Source: Chiloscyllium plagiosum
Taxonomy: Eukaryota
Length of the DNA: 53,276 bases
NCBI RefSeq assembly: GCF_004010195.1
Contig: NC_057752.1
Span: forward strand, 4,782,504 to 4,835,779
Direction: 5' to 3'
The notes beneath the pieces were generated by a model. That model searched no databases. It saw nothing but the letters and a program-made list of their open reading frames with translations, and was not told the origin of the DNA. Numbering within the stretch: position 1 is the first letter of the stretch; each line of letters opens with the position of its first letter. Position numbers and translations under genes: made by a program. Below are positions 24,665 to 37,156 of this stretch, piece by piece.

Positions 24665-25025
24665 TAGTCATATGGCGTACTGGCTTTTATTGGTAGAGGA
24701 ATTGAGTTCCGGAGTACTGAGGTCATGTTGCAGTTGTATAAGACTCTGGTGCGGCCGCATCTGGAGTATTGTGTGCAGTTTAGGTCGCCATAGTATAGGA
24801 AGGATGTGGAGGCACTGGAACGGGTGCAGAGGAGGTTTACCAGGATGGAGTTCATGGAATGCCCTGCCAGTTGCAGTGGTGGACTCTCCCTCTTTATGGG
24901 CATTTAAGCGGGCATTGGATAGGCATATGGAGGATAGTGGGCTAGTGTAGGTTAGGTGGGCTTGGATCGGCGCAACATCGAGGGCCAAAGGGGCTGTACT
25001 GCGCTGTATTCTTCTATGTTCTATG
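24665..25025 (+). mobile_element. CR1 LINE 3' fragment with internal deletion, (TTCTATG)n-type tail
   Basis: MLQLYKTLVRPHLEYCVQF...; WNALPVAVVDSPSLWAFKRALD. Confidence 0.88.
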
Positions 25026-27371
25026 TAGAACAGTAGGTACACCTCAGAAAAGGAATTCACTGGCAGTGGAAGAAGTGCTAGACATATATAAGCCCCCTTG
25101 TTTTTTCTTCATTCATAAACTGGAATCCATCAAGTCTGATTCATACATTGGAATGCAACATGAGCCTAATGTTTCAAGCTGCACATTCTCAGCTGGAGTT
25201 CTGGGCAGGGAGTGTTAACAGAATTCCAGCAGCAACTGGATAGAATGCCTCGCTCTCTTATTAAATGGTGCTTGAAACTTCCGTGTTTGACTTCTGAAAG
25301 ATATTTACAATTGCAACAGCACTTCAGGAATGTTGACACCAACTGGCTCACAGTTGACAGGCAACAACCATAATAACCATAATACAGCCTTACTGTACCG
25401 CCGGTTTCAACTGCTCTCCCTGTGGCACTGCCAGCTTCAACTGTGCACATGACATCATTGGCAGCTCAGACCAATCACCCTGTGGCTCCGCCAACTTCAA
25501 CCATTTATCCTACTGCATGGAAATGTAGACTTTGCCAACTTCAACTGTTGTCTCTATTGCACTCACTGCCATTCTGACTACTTGCCATGGTATAGACGAC
25601 CTGTGTAAATTAGGTTGTCGACTGCTGATGCCGCAGAAACAGTGCCAATGCTGGCGAGCACTGGCATTCCTTGCAAATTGCTGACCGCCGGTTTCAATTT
25701 CGAAGCTCCTTGGATGCTGCCTGAACTGCTGTGCTCTTCCAGCACCACTAATCCTGAATAACCTGACAGTGTATCCCGGAAATGGAAATTTTTATCATTG
25801 GAAGGTTTGACATTCTTTGCAGCCCTGGTCGAATTAATTGGACTGTCCTTTTAAATGACGATTCCCAGCAGTGGGGTGCCTCCTAATTCTGCTGGTGCTG
25901 CATAACCAGGTCATTTATTTCTGCATTCACCCTTCCAAGGATAGATCCAGTCTCCCTATATTGTGGAGGAGTCGAAAGGTCAGCCACTATTCCAATGGCC
26001 GCTTTTGTCTGTGTTCAGCTGAGTGGCGAGAATTGAAAAGAATTGGATTGAACTGAATTCCGCGAGGCTGGGCACCTCCATGCGGTCTGCAACAGAGCGG
26101 AAATAACCCTCGACTTGTCATCTCATGCTCTGACCTGCAGCTGCTTCACAAAAAAGACCAAGTGTTCAGCACGAAAGGACCTGGGCAGAGTGCATCAGTA
26201 GCAGGGAGGGGTCACCTGGGGGTCACAAAAGGTGCTTCTATCAGAGGGTGAATGTAGCTGTGGTGCTGCAGAGCACATGGGAGGTCCTGTCCACACAAAT
26301 GTCTCCCCTTGCCGCTCTCACAAACAACTTCAAACAATTCGGCAAGAGATGCAGCAAAAAAGGGCAGAGAGCAAAGATTTAACAACATGAAGAAAATAAA
26401 AGGGTGGAGTGTGGTGGAAGGACAGGGAGAGTTAGGGGAGCTTCTGGTCCTCTGCGACATGTTGAGGGGGTTGTCATGGTAACCACTTTGATGTGACACC
26501 AACTGGGAATGATAAATAGTGAAGGGGAGAGCGATCAGGGAGGAACAAGGCCAGTGGAGTGTAACATTTCAACTTGGTCTCCCAATCAGTCAGACCACCA
26601 GCTTACTGGGCGGGGGTGGGGAAGATCGACAACATGAAAGAAAAAGTTGACAAGAGGGGAATTGATATGTAAAAGCTAATAACACTTTATTAAAATCAGA
26701 GACACTTTCCCTCCAATCAACCACAAATTCAGAAACTCCGCAGTTCAGGATGAGGTAAGTGTGTAACTTAGTTTTTGTTCCCCCTACTCCTCATCTGGTG
26801 GGTTCCTCAATGTTCAGGCCTAGCTTTGGCCTGCTTGTTGTGTCTGGGGCCTTTCATCAGCAAGTTCTTTATGGCCCAGCAATTGTGGTGCTATTGAGGT
26901 TGCACCCATTGTGTGAACAGCTTCCTTACCCCCACAAGGGTGACGCTACTCCTGTGGACAATCTTCATTTTAGTTTGGAAGCAAGGTCAGTGAAGAGACT
27001 TGCTGTCAGTGTCATGGAGAAAATGTGGAGAATCACCAGGAGATGCAGAGGGTTCTTCAAGAAGTAGGTCTTTTATTTGCAACAAAAAACCTTAACACTC
27101 AGAAAGCAGATTCTTGAATGCCCCCAAACCTCAGGGTTTGTGACTTTTAATATCTTTTTTTATCATGTTTCTGTTAGCGTATCAGCATATCCAACTATAT
27201 TATTCAAAGTACCTCACGCTAGCTACACAATAAACCAGTGATGTTAGTTCCCACTATCTCTTTAATTGTGCCCCTATAGATTTTCCTACATTCTACTTAA
27301 TGTTATTCAAATGTCACGATTAGATATTTAGTGTCAGCTTTTGCAACAATGGTCTTAATATTTTCCTAATG

Positions 27372-28138
27372 TCATAGAGTCATAGAGATGTACAGCATGG
27401 AAACAAACCCTTCGATCCAACCCGTCCATGCCGACCAGATATCCCAACCTGATCTAGTCCCACCTGCCAGCACCCGGCCCATATCCCTCCAAACCCTTCC
27501 TATTCATATACCCATCCAAATGCCTCTTAAATGTTGCAGTTGTACCAGGCTCCACCACTTCCTCTAGCAGCTTATTCCATANNNNNNNNNNNNNNNNNNN
27601 NNNNNNNNNNNNNNNNNNNNNNNNNNNNNNNNNNNNNNNNNNNNNNNNNNNNNNNNNNNNNNNNNNNNNNNNNNNNNNNNNNNNNNNNNNNNNNNNNNNN
27701 NNNNNNNNNNNNNNNNNNNNNNNNNNNNNNNNNNNNNNNNNNGTCCCAGTCGATGTTTGGAAAGTTAAAATCCCCTATCATAACCACTCTATTTTTATTA
27801 CAGATAGCTGAGATCTCCTTCTAAGTTTGTTTCTCAATTTCCCTCTGACTATTAGAGGGTCTATAATACAATCTCAATAAGATGATCATCCCTTTCTTAT
27901 TTCTCAGTTCCACCCAAATAACTTCCCTGGATGTATTTCTGGGAATATCCTCCCTCAGCACAGCTGTAATGCTATCCCTTATCAAAAACGCCACTCCCCC
28001 TCCTCTCTTACCTCCCTTTCTGTCCTTCCTGTAGCATTTGTATCCTGGAACATTAAGCTGCCAGCCTGTCCATCCCTGAGCCATGTTTCTGTAATTGCTA
28101 TGATATCCCAGTCCCATGTTCCTAACCATGCCCTGAGT
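27372..28138 (-). mobile_element. CR1 LINE pieces: 3' UTR (27372-27581) and endonuclease domain (27743-28138) on either side of a gap
   Basis: GDFNFPNIDWD, YYRP, GGGVAFLI, IAITETWL motifs. Confidence 0.88.
27582..27742. other. Assembly gap (161 N)
   Basis: Run of N. Confidence 1.
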
Positions 28139-28459
28139 GCTTGCCAGTCCGCAGCAACTCTCCAGTGCGAAACGCTTGATGGAAGGGGTGTTTCTAACAC
28201 AGTTGAACAGCTTGTCAATCTGGCCGCTAATCCTTGCCACAATCCACGCCATTTTCCAAGGGCTAAAAAGAATGTGAGGAGACACAGAGCAAACAAGCCA
28301 CTGTCTCCTCATCAACCTACTGTTACCTACCTCAGCAAAGAAACTCAGGCAAATTACTACAACACCATTTGTCCTTCAGAAATCCATTTCGGCTTAATAG
28401 AGAAAAAGGAAAAGTCCCATGTTGGTTCTGTCGCTCATGCCTTCGGGACGCCATGCTTT

Positions 28460-28785
28460 TATATTGCACATCACTGGATGACTCAAACCACTTCGAGGCC
28501 AATTAAGTAATTTTGAATTGGAGTCACTGTTCTAATGTAAGCTCCTGCAACACCATTGTAATAATATTGGATAATCTCATTGATTAAAGGCTAACCAACT
28601 GGCCAGGGTACCTGGGATAACTCTCGTTCTGGTCTTCAAATAGATCTTTTGCATCCACCTGAGCAGATTCATGGGATCTTGACTTCATGGGATCTCATTC
28701 AAAAAACAGCACCTCCAACAATGCAGTATTGCACTGGAATATTTTCCGGCATTGACTTTTGCGCTGTGAGGTCTGAACTTAGAAC
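28460..28785 (-). mobile_element. Deu-domain SINE, decayed
   Basis: gatcttttgcatccacctgag...tctcattcaaaaaacagcacctccaacaatgcagtatt is the reverse complement of the Deu domain. Confidence 0.6.
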
Positions 28786-28792
28786 GGTGGAT

Positions 28793-29110
28793 AGTATGGT
28801 GGCTCAGCACTGTTGCCTCCCAGCACCAGGGACCCGTGCTCAATTCCAGCCTTGGGCAAATGTCTGCATGGGGGTTTGGGGGGGTTTCCTCTGGGTGCTC
28901 TGGTTTCCTCCCACAGTCCAAAGATGTGCAGGCTAGGTAGATTGGCCATGCTAAAGTCTCCATAGTATTCAGGGATGTGCGAACTAGGTGGGTGAGCCAT
29001 GGGAAATGTGGAGTTGTGGGATATGGTTGGGGTCTGGGTCTGGGTGGGATACTCTTTGGAGGGTCGGTGCAGACACGCTGGCCCGAATAGTCTCCTTCCA
29101 CACTGTAGGG
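28793..29110 (+). mobile_element. HE1-type V-SINE
   Basis: ggtggctcagcactg..., ggtttcctcccacagtccaaagatgtgcagg, CR1-like tail. Confidence 0.82.
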
Positions 29111-30452
29111 GTTCGATTTTCAAACAGTGTGATTCAGAGACTAAACCCCAGCTGTTACACTTTAAGCCTTTGAAGAGAATGTGAAGGTAAATTGGGTTAT
29201 CCATGCCTCCATTTTTTAAACAGGATGTGAATAATGAGCTCGCAAATGACACACCGCACCCTGGTAGGATGAAACGTTACAATGTACATTTTTATTGACC
29301 ACACGAATAGAAGAGGCAAGGTCTCAGGGATTGCTAAACAGTAAGAGTTCTGATAAAAACAACTTAATTTTTTGGTATACTTGTAGTTTTATTTTAACAT
29401 GGCAGAGTAAATTCATGGCTCCTGGATTAGCTGCGACTATCTGTGCTCAAGAGGAGCATGGCTCAGAGACAGAGGACTGTGGTGTTGCAGCACTGTGAAC
29501 CTCCCTGATGGGAGCCTGCTGTTAGTGAATTGACTTTAAAATTAATCTCTAGGCTCCCTTCCAGTTTTTCTTCTCTCCTATCAGGATCACACAGTATCAT
29601 CAAAGAGAAAAGGGAGATTATAAAGAATTAAAAAGAAGGAACACTTATCCAGCACTGTCCAGCATTGGATAGATCTGGGAATTTGCACTAAATCTAAATG
29701 CTGATTCATTTAGCACAGTGTTTCGAAATGTTATTAAATAGTTTGAGCAGGTGAGCAGACACAAAGCACTTATCCTCCAAGCAGTTGCACTAAGACAGAT
29801 TACCTGGTCACTGTCTCACTGTTGTGTCATGGGAGATGTGATCGTGAAAGGTGCCATAAAATGCATATTCCATGTTGATACTGTACACTAGCCATCATCT
29901 AATATAAAATAGTTTAAAGCTGAATTCTTAAATTCTCTCACAATGACTCAAGAGTGTGTGCAGTGAGTAACTACGTTTAAATAGACTAGGTGACCCGAGA
30001 TTTGATCCCTGTTGTTCTCAGCTATTGTAGTAGTGGATAAGTAGTAAAACTGGCCTCAGTATACTTTGGCTGTGAAAGTGGTTACAAACAGCCAAGTCCC
30101 GTTCCTGGTTTCTCTCCCGTTTGCTTTGTTGAAAGATTATGGTGAAGCCTCACACTGTCGAGTAGCACACTAACTCTCACTGTCTCGGCTCACCCGTGAG
30201 AACAGCTGCTTGCCTGAAGCACCAAAGGGCTGGTGGATAGCAATCAGAAACAGGAGCCTGTCTGATCTTCTCCAGGAGTGCAGAAGGTGAATAGTCACAC
30301 TGCCCTGGATGAGATCAGTGCAGACAGGGGAAGGGGTTTGCGGGGGGAGGTGGGGGGTGGGTGAGGTGTCGGCTGGAAGTGCAGTGACTTATCAAGAAGG
30401 GAGAGCTCAACGATGCAACTGATGGTAGTTGCAATAGAAGTGCCATTGTCAT

Positions 30453-30711
30453 TTAGATTAGATTAGATTAGATTAGATTAGATTACTTACAGTGTGGAAG
30501 CAAGCCCTTCGGCCCAACAAATCCACACCGGCCCGCCGATGCGCACCCACCCAGACCCATTCCCCTACATTTACCCCTTCACCTAACACTGCGGACAATT
30601 TAGTGTAGCCAATTCACCTGACCTGCACATTTTTGGACTGTGGGAGGAAACCGGAGCACCTGGAGGAAACCCACGCAGACACGGGGCGAATGTGCAAACT
30701 CCACACAGTCA
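30453..30711 (-). mobile_element. 5'-truncated HE1-type V-SINE with (TCTAA)n tail
   Basis: (TTAGA)n at 30453-30485, V-domain, possible TSD GTCAT (30448-30452 / 30712-30716). Confidence 0.88.
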
Positions 30712-30909
30712 GTCATGTTGCAGTTGCAATCGTCGATTGGTACGTCTATAAAGAGTCTGACCACTGTAATCATTTATTGATTATAGATAATGCTACCAAT
30801 CTGATGAAGCACTGCGAACTTGGATTTCTGTAGCAACCTGCACCAACTCAAGATGTTCCAAAATGCTCCCAGCCAATTAAGCATTTTTGAATCAGAGTCA
30901 TTATTGTAG

Positions 30910-31002
30910 AGCTGAAAATGTGTTGCTGGAAAAGCACAGCAGATCAGGCAGCATCCAAGGAGCAGGAGAAACGACGTTTCGTGCATGAGCCCTTCTTCAG
31001 GA
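30910..31002 (-). mobile_element. Penelope-derived terminus with hammerhead core
   Basis: Reverse complement reads CTGAAGAAGGGCTCATGCACGAAACGTC...GGATGCTGCCTGATCTGCTGTGCTTTTCCAGCAAC. Confidence 0.8.
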
Positions 31003-31314
31003 GCATTCAGTATGAAAAATCAGTTAACAAGGTGAAAAGTATTCATTTTGTTAAGCAAGTTATTCATTCTATAGCGCCAGATGGCTTAATCTCTACCATT
31101 GACACTCACTGATTGTAATGGTCACCTGATCAATCTGTATGCTGCCGTATTTGGATGCTCCTCCCTGTAAAATGCCTACATAATTCATTAAGAAACTGAT
31201 TTTCCAGAGAAGACCATGATCTCATGTCCCTGTGCACATGGGCAATCATTCTCTCTCCCTCCGAGGCCCGGAATAAAGATGAAGGAGGCAAAACTATACA
31301 GTGTCTCTGAGTAT

Positions 31315-32290
31315 GTGTGTATACTGTATCAGTGTGTATGTGCATCTGTATAGTGTATCAGTGTGTATGTGTATTGGTATGGTGTATCAGTGTGTACGTG
31401 TATCGGTATGGTGTATCAGTGTGTATGTGTATCGGTATGGTGTATCAGTGTGTATGTGTATCAGTATGGTGTATCAGTGTGTATGTGCATTGGTATGGTG
31501 TCTCAATGTGTACGTGTATCGGTATGGAGTATCTGTGTACGTGTATCGGTATGGTGTATCAGTGTGTACGTGTATCTGTATGGTGTATCAGTGTGTATGT
31601 GTATTGGTATGTTGTCTCTGTGCATGTGTATGTGTATCAGTGTGTACGTGTATCGGTATGGTGTATCAGTGTGTATGTGTATTAGTATGGTGTATCGGTG
31701 TGTATGTGTATCTGTATGGTGTATCAGTGTGTACATGTATCTGTATGGTGTATCAGTGTGTATGTGTATCGATATGGTGTATCAGTGTGCATGTGTATCA
31801 GTATGGTATATCAGTGTGTATGTGTATTAGTATGGTGTATCGGTGTGTACGTGTATCTGTATGGTGTATCAGTGTGTATGTGTATCGATATGGTGTATCA
31901 GTGTGCATGTGTATCAATATGGTGTATCAGTGTGCATGTGTATCAGTATGGTATATCAGTGTGTGTACGTGTATCGGTATGGTGTATCTGTGCGTACGTG
32001 TATCGGTATGGTGTATCAGTGTGTACATGTATCTGTATGGTGTATCAGAGTGTATGTGTATCGGTATGGTGTATCAGTGTGCATGTGTATCAGTGTAGTG
32101 TATCTGTGTGTATGTGTATCGGTATTGTGTATCAGTGTGTACGTGTATCGGTATGGTGTATCAGTGTGCATGTGTATCAGTGTAGTGTATCTGTGTGTAT
32201 GTGTATCGGTATGGTGTATCAGTGTGCATGTGTATCAATGTAGTGTATGGTGTATGTGTATGGTGTAGTGTATGGTGTGTATGTGTTACA
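31315..32290. repeat. 29-bp (TG-rich) minisatellite, unit GTGTATCAGTGTGTATGTGTATCRGTATG (~33 copies)
   Basis: Direct tandem repeat; the overlapping ORFs here are repeat translations. Confidence 0.95.
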
Positions 32291-33640
32291 TCTGTATGTG
32301 TGTGGGCTATGCCTGTGTGAGTGTATGTAATTTAATTAATAATAAACCTACATCACTTCCAATCATGACATTTAAGTAATTCAAAAAGTCAAGTACAAAC
32401 TTGAAAGAATTCTTATTTCAAGAAGACAAAATAAGAATCATTGAGTATTAGTATTAGTTTACAGTGCTCTGGATGCGTTAAATTGATTGAGTTTTGCATT
32501 CAGTTTGGGATGGGAAAGAGTGGGTCCAAAACTTATGTTTTGAAGTTACAGTCAAGCAATTAAGAGAGTATGAAGACAGGGCTGGTTAAACTGAAATTCG
32601 GTTAAGGAATAGGTCAGTAGAGATACCGTACGGATAGCAGATTAGAGATAGTGAGGGAGATAGTTCGTGACACTCAGGTAAGCTATATTCCAGTGGGAAA
32701 CAAAACTCTAAGGAAACGATGCACCATTTGTGGCTAACTAGGGAAATTCAAAAGTGTATCCAATTGAAAAAGCGAAGGTACAAGTCTGCAAAGATTAGTG
32801 ACAGGTCAAAAGATTGGATAGAATATCAGAAACGCACAAAATTTAGTAAAAATGGAGAGAGAAATTTGAGTATGAGAGAAAGCTAGCTAGAGGTAGAAAA
32901 GCAAATAATAAGAATTCCTACAGGTATTTAAAAATGAAAAGAATAAGTAAAGCCTTGTGGGGAGAGAGAGAGAGAGGCTCGGGAATTAATAATGGAAAGT
33001 AAGGAAATGGTGGATGAATTGAACAAATATTTCACATTCATCTTCAGTATTGAGGATACAAACAACAGCCCAGAAATAATTGTGAATTAGGTTAAAATCC
33101 TTGAATTCCCTCCCCTAGGGCATTGTGGGTCTTCTATAGTAACTGGACTGCAGCAGTTCAAGAAAGCAGCTCACCATCACCTTCTCAAGGACAACTAGGG
33201 ACGAGCAACAAGACGCTGGCCCAATCTCAAGCAAATATATATAAAAAGGTTGCGATAGATAGAGGATGCATTGGCTTTAATTTTCCAAGATTATGGAAAT
33301 GTTCCATCAGATTAGAAAATAGTGAATATAACTCCTCTATTCAAGAGAATACAAAGACAAAAACCAGGTAACTACAGGCCAGTTAGCTTAACATCTGTCG
33401 CATGGAAAATGCTGCTATGTTTTATGAAGGGCATCACTATAAAAATCTCACTGCATTCAGGCAGAATCATCATGGTTTTGTGAAAAGGAAATCATATTTG
33501 ACTACTTATTACAATTTTTTGAGGAAGTAACAACGTTGATAAAGCGAAACCCATGGATGTGGTGTACTTGGATTTTCAGAGACATTTAGGTTCTTTTCCC
33601 AAAGTTTCGCACGCGAGATGCAATTCGCACACACCAACTT

Positions 33641-34492
33641 ACATAGAACATAGAACATAGAAGAATACAGCGCAGTACAGGCCCTTCGGCCCTCGATGTT
33701 GCGCCGATCCAAGCCCACCTAACCTACACTAGCCCACTATCCTCCATATGCCTATCCAATGCCCGCTTAAATGCCCATAATGAGGGAGAGTCCACCACTG
33801 CTACTGGCAGGGCATTCCACGAACTCACGACTCACTGAGTAAAGAACCTACCCCTAACATCTCTCCTATACCTACCCCCCCNNNNNNNNNNNNNNNNNNN
33901 NNNNNNNNNNNNNNNNNNNNNNNNNNNNNNNNNNNNNNNNNNNNNNNNNNNNNNNNNNNNNNNNNNNNNNNNNNNNNNNNNNNNNNNNNNNNNNNNNNNN
34001 NNNNNNNNNNNNNNNNNNNNNNNNNNNNNNNNNNNNNNNNNNNNNNNNNNNNNNNNNNNNNNNNNNNNNNNNNNNNNNNNNNNNNNNNNNNNNNNNNNNN
34101 NNNNNNNNNNNNNNNNNNNNNNNNNNNNNNGAATCACCTCACATTTATCTGCATTGAACTCCATTTGCCACCTCTCAGCCCAATTCTGCAGTTTATTCAA
34201 GTCCCCCTGCAACGTGCAACATTCTTCCACACTATCCACCACTCCACCGACTTTAGTGTCAACTCCAAACTTGCTAACCCATCCACCTCTGCCTGTGTCC
34301 AAATCATATATAAAAATGACAAACAGCAATGGTCCCAAAACAGATCCTTGCGGAACACCGCTAGTGACGGCACTCCAAGATGAACCTTTGCCATCAACTA
34401 CTACCCTCTGTCTTCTTCCGGCCAGCCAACTCCTAATCCAAACCTCCAACTCACCCTCAATGCCATACCTCCGTATTTTTTGCAGTAGTTTG
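33641..34492 (-). mobile_element. Younger CR1 LINE (RT C-terminus + 3' tail), spans a gap
   Basis: VTSGVPQGSVLGPLLFVIFIYDLD...WAERWQMEFNADKCEV; (TTCTATG)n tail; TSD CAACTT at 33635-33640 / 34493-34498. Confidence 0.92.
33882..34130. other. Assembly gap (249 N)
   Basis: Run of N. Confidence 1.
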
Positions 34493-37156
34493 CAACTTCT
34501 GCAAACAGTTAAAGTTTATTAAAGCTTGTACTAGCTAGGTGACCCCCTTTGACTCTCTTTTCAGGCATGCGAAGTTGGGTCAAAATGAGGCCCCGAACAA
34601 AGAAACCACATCCCCTTTATACAGGTCAGTTGGTAATGCTTACAGATACTCTGGCCACTCCCCCATAGTCACATGCCATTCAAGACAATCCCCAGATACT
34701 CACAGTCACTTGTTACCCCAGGTACAATGGTAGGATGAGATCATCCTCGGAGATAATGCAAATGCTAATGCACTAACCCTGGGGAATCGTTATGCAGATG
34801 ATTTCCTGACTCAGTGATTCCCCAAGACAATGTAGGTGTGACATAATTCTGGCCAGAAAGCATTCCTGAATGGAAGAGTTTGAATGATAGTTTAACTTGA
34901 CAATAGCAGGAGAGTAATAGTGAATGACTGTCTAGATGAAGTGTAAATTACAATGGATGGTCATCCGCATTCTTTCATGGCTGTCGTCCACACCCAAAGG
35001 CAGTGCAGTTTAACCCTTTAATATTACATTAATGTCCAGAGAGATATTACCATTTAATCTTTTAACATGACAAGCTGCCATGTTAAAGGTTATTATGGAA
35101 AATAAAAACTCATATTGTACAGGGTAACATGGTGGCATGGGCAAGGATTGATTAACTAACTAACAGGAAACAAAGAGTGGAGGTAAGTAGGTAATTTGCA
35201 CATTGGAACATTGCCATGAGGGAAGTGCCACAGGTATTGGTGTTCAGGCTTGATTTATTTACAATCTGTATAAATGACATGGATGATGAAACCAAATATG
35301 TAATTGATAAATTTTTTGATGACACAAAGGTAGAAAGGATAGTGAGTTCTGAAGTGGATGCATGAAGAAGACTACAAATGGATATGGATAGGTTAAATGA
35401 GTGGAAATACCCTTAGACCAGAGAGGGGGATGAATTAGGTGGTTAGGGAATAGAGGTTGTGATAAAGACCAAAGTTTAAGAATGGCTTCAATCTTCCCAG
35501 TCCTTGGGGCCTCCAGAAGTAAGAAAGAATGAGAAGGACAGCCATTACAGGCAAGTTTCTGGCTAGGAAAGGAGCCAGACAAGGATATTCCTGTTCATTC
35601 TGCACGACCGAGGCAAATGTTGAAGGAGGATGATGTGATCAAGCCTGCACAAATCTCCACAAGGACACAGGGAGATAATTTACCATGGTCAGAGTCTCAT
35701 AGGAGCGGAGTGAAGGAAGAAGGACAGTAAGAGAAGAAGTGAGACAGAGAGAGACAACTCAGGTCAAAAGCTAAAGCATTAATTTTTAATGTACAACTGT
35801 AAATCTATTTCAAAGAATCATTTTCGACTTATTTTAGGATTTAGAACATTCAGGGATTTCCTTCTTATTCCATCTTTCCTTCTTTAGTCCTACCCAGAAT
35901 ACACATCATTGTAATTGCCTAGTATCCTTCCAGTCCCACCATTATGTTGATTATTGGGAAAGTGGGATAGGGATGTGAGGCAGGAGTGGACTTGTTCAAG
36001 GAGAGAAGTCACATCATTTCCTATTACCCAAGTGAACTGGGTGGACATCTATGTTTAAGAAGTTGGACATGATAATGAGTCCATGAGAAAGAACAGAACA
36101 GAACAGTGGAACACTCCTCTTCCACGGCTACACCAGCACCATTTCCCACCTTTTCCTTTGCTACATCGAAGACTGTATCAGCGCTGCCTCATGCTCCCAC
36201 GAGGAACTTGAACAGTTCATTCATCACACCCACACCTTCCACCCTGACCTCAAGTTCACTGGAACCATCTCCGACACCCTCCTCCCCTTCCTGGACCTCT
36301 CCGTCTCCACCAACTGACATAACCCTGACATCTACTTCAAACCTACCGACTCCCACAGCTATCTTGACTACACCTGCTCCCAACCTCCCTCCTGTAAAGA
36401 CGTGATCCCTTACTCCCAGTTCCTCCGCCATATCTGCTCCCACATGAGCAATTCCACTCCCGGACATCCCAGATGTCCTCCTACTTCCAGGACCATAATT
36501 TCCCCTCCCTTGTAATCTGCGTTGTCCTCAATCGCACTTCCTCCGTTTCCCACACTCCTGCCCTTGAATCCCACCCCTCCCCAAACCCAACAGGTACAGA
36601 ATGCCCCGGTCCTCACATTCCACCCCACTATTCCCCAAACCCAGTGTATCATCCTCTGCCATTTTCACTGCCTACAGTCAGACCCCACCACCAAATATGT
36701 ATTTCCCTCCCCACCCTTTGCCTTCCCATACCCCCCATGATTCCCTTGTTAGGTCCAGACTCCCCACTCCACACCCGGCACCTTCCCCGCCATCATAAGA
36801 AGTGCACATCCTGCGCACATACCTCCCCCCTCACCTCCATCCAAGGCCCCAAAGGATCCTTCCATATCTGGCAGAGATTTAGTTGCACATCCTCGAACCT
36901 CATTTACTACATCCATTACTCTCGATGTGGTCTCCTCTACATTGAAGACACCGAGCACAAATTCGTGGAACAGTTCAGGGAACATCCCTGGTCCGTATGC
37001 ACCAACCAACCCCACCTTCCTGTGGCCATCCATTTCAACTCCCTTTCCCACTACCCCCTATGACATGTCCATTCTGGGCCTACTCCACCACCTAAACAAG
37101 GCCACCTGCAAACTGGAAAAGGAACACCTCAGCTTCCACATCAGGTGCCTACAACC

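Larger units (their letters stand above)
33586..35067 (-). mobile_element. Probable solo LTR (~630 bp net) interrupted by a CR1
   Basis: Non-CR1 insert inside the CR1. The minus strand starts TGTTAAAAG at 35067 and has TATAAA (~34615-34620) then AATAAA (~34515-34520) in LTR order. Confidence 0.45.
32440..35410 (+). mobile_element. Old CR1 ORF2 remnant (32440-33585 and 35068-35410), split by later insertions
   Basis: aactacaggccagttagcttaacatctg (NYRPVSLTS), catggttttgtgaaaaggaaatc, gatgtggtgtacttggattttcag; continues gacaagctgcca... and ttttgatgacacaaag. Confidence 0.7.

Noticed and set aside
31301..32268. Several long Cys/Val/Tyr-rich ORFs
   Set aside because: They are translations of the 29-bp TG-rich tandem repeat in all frames.
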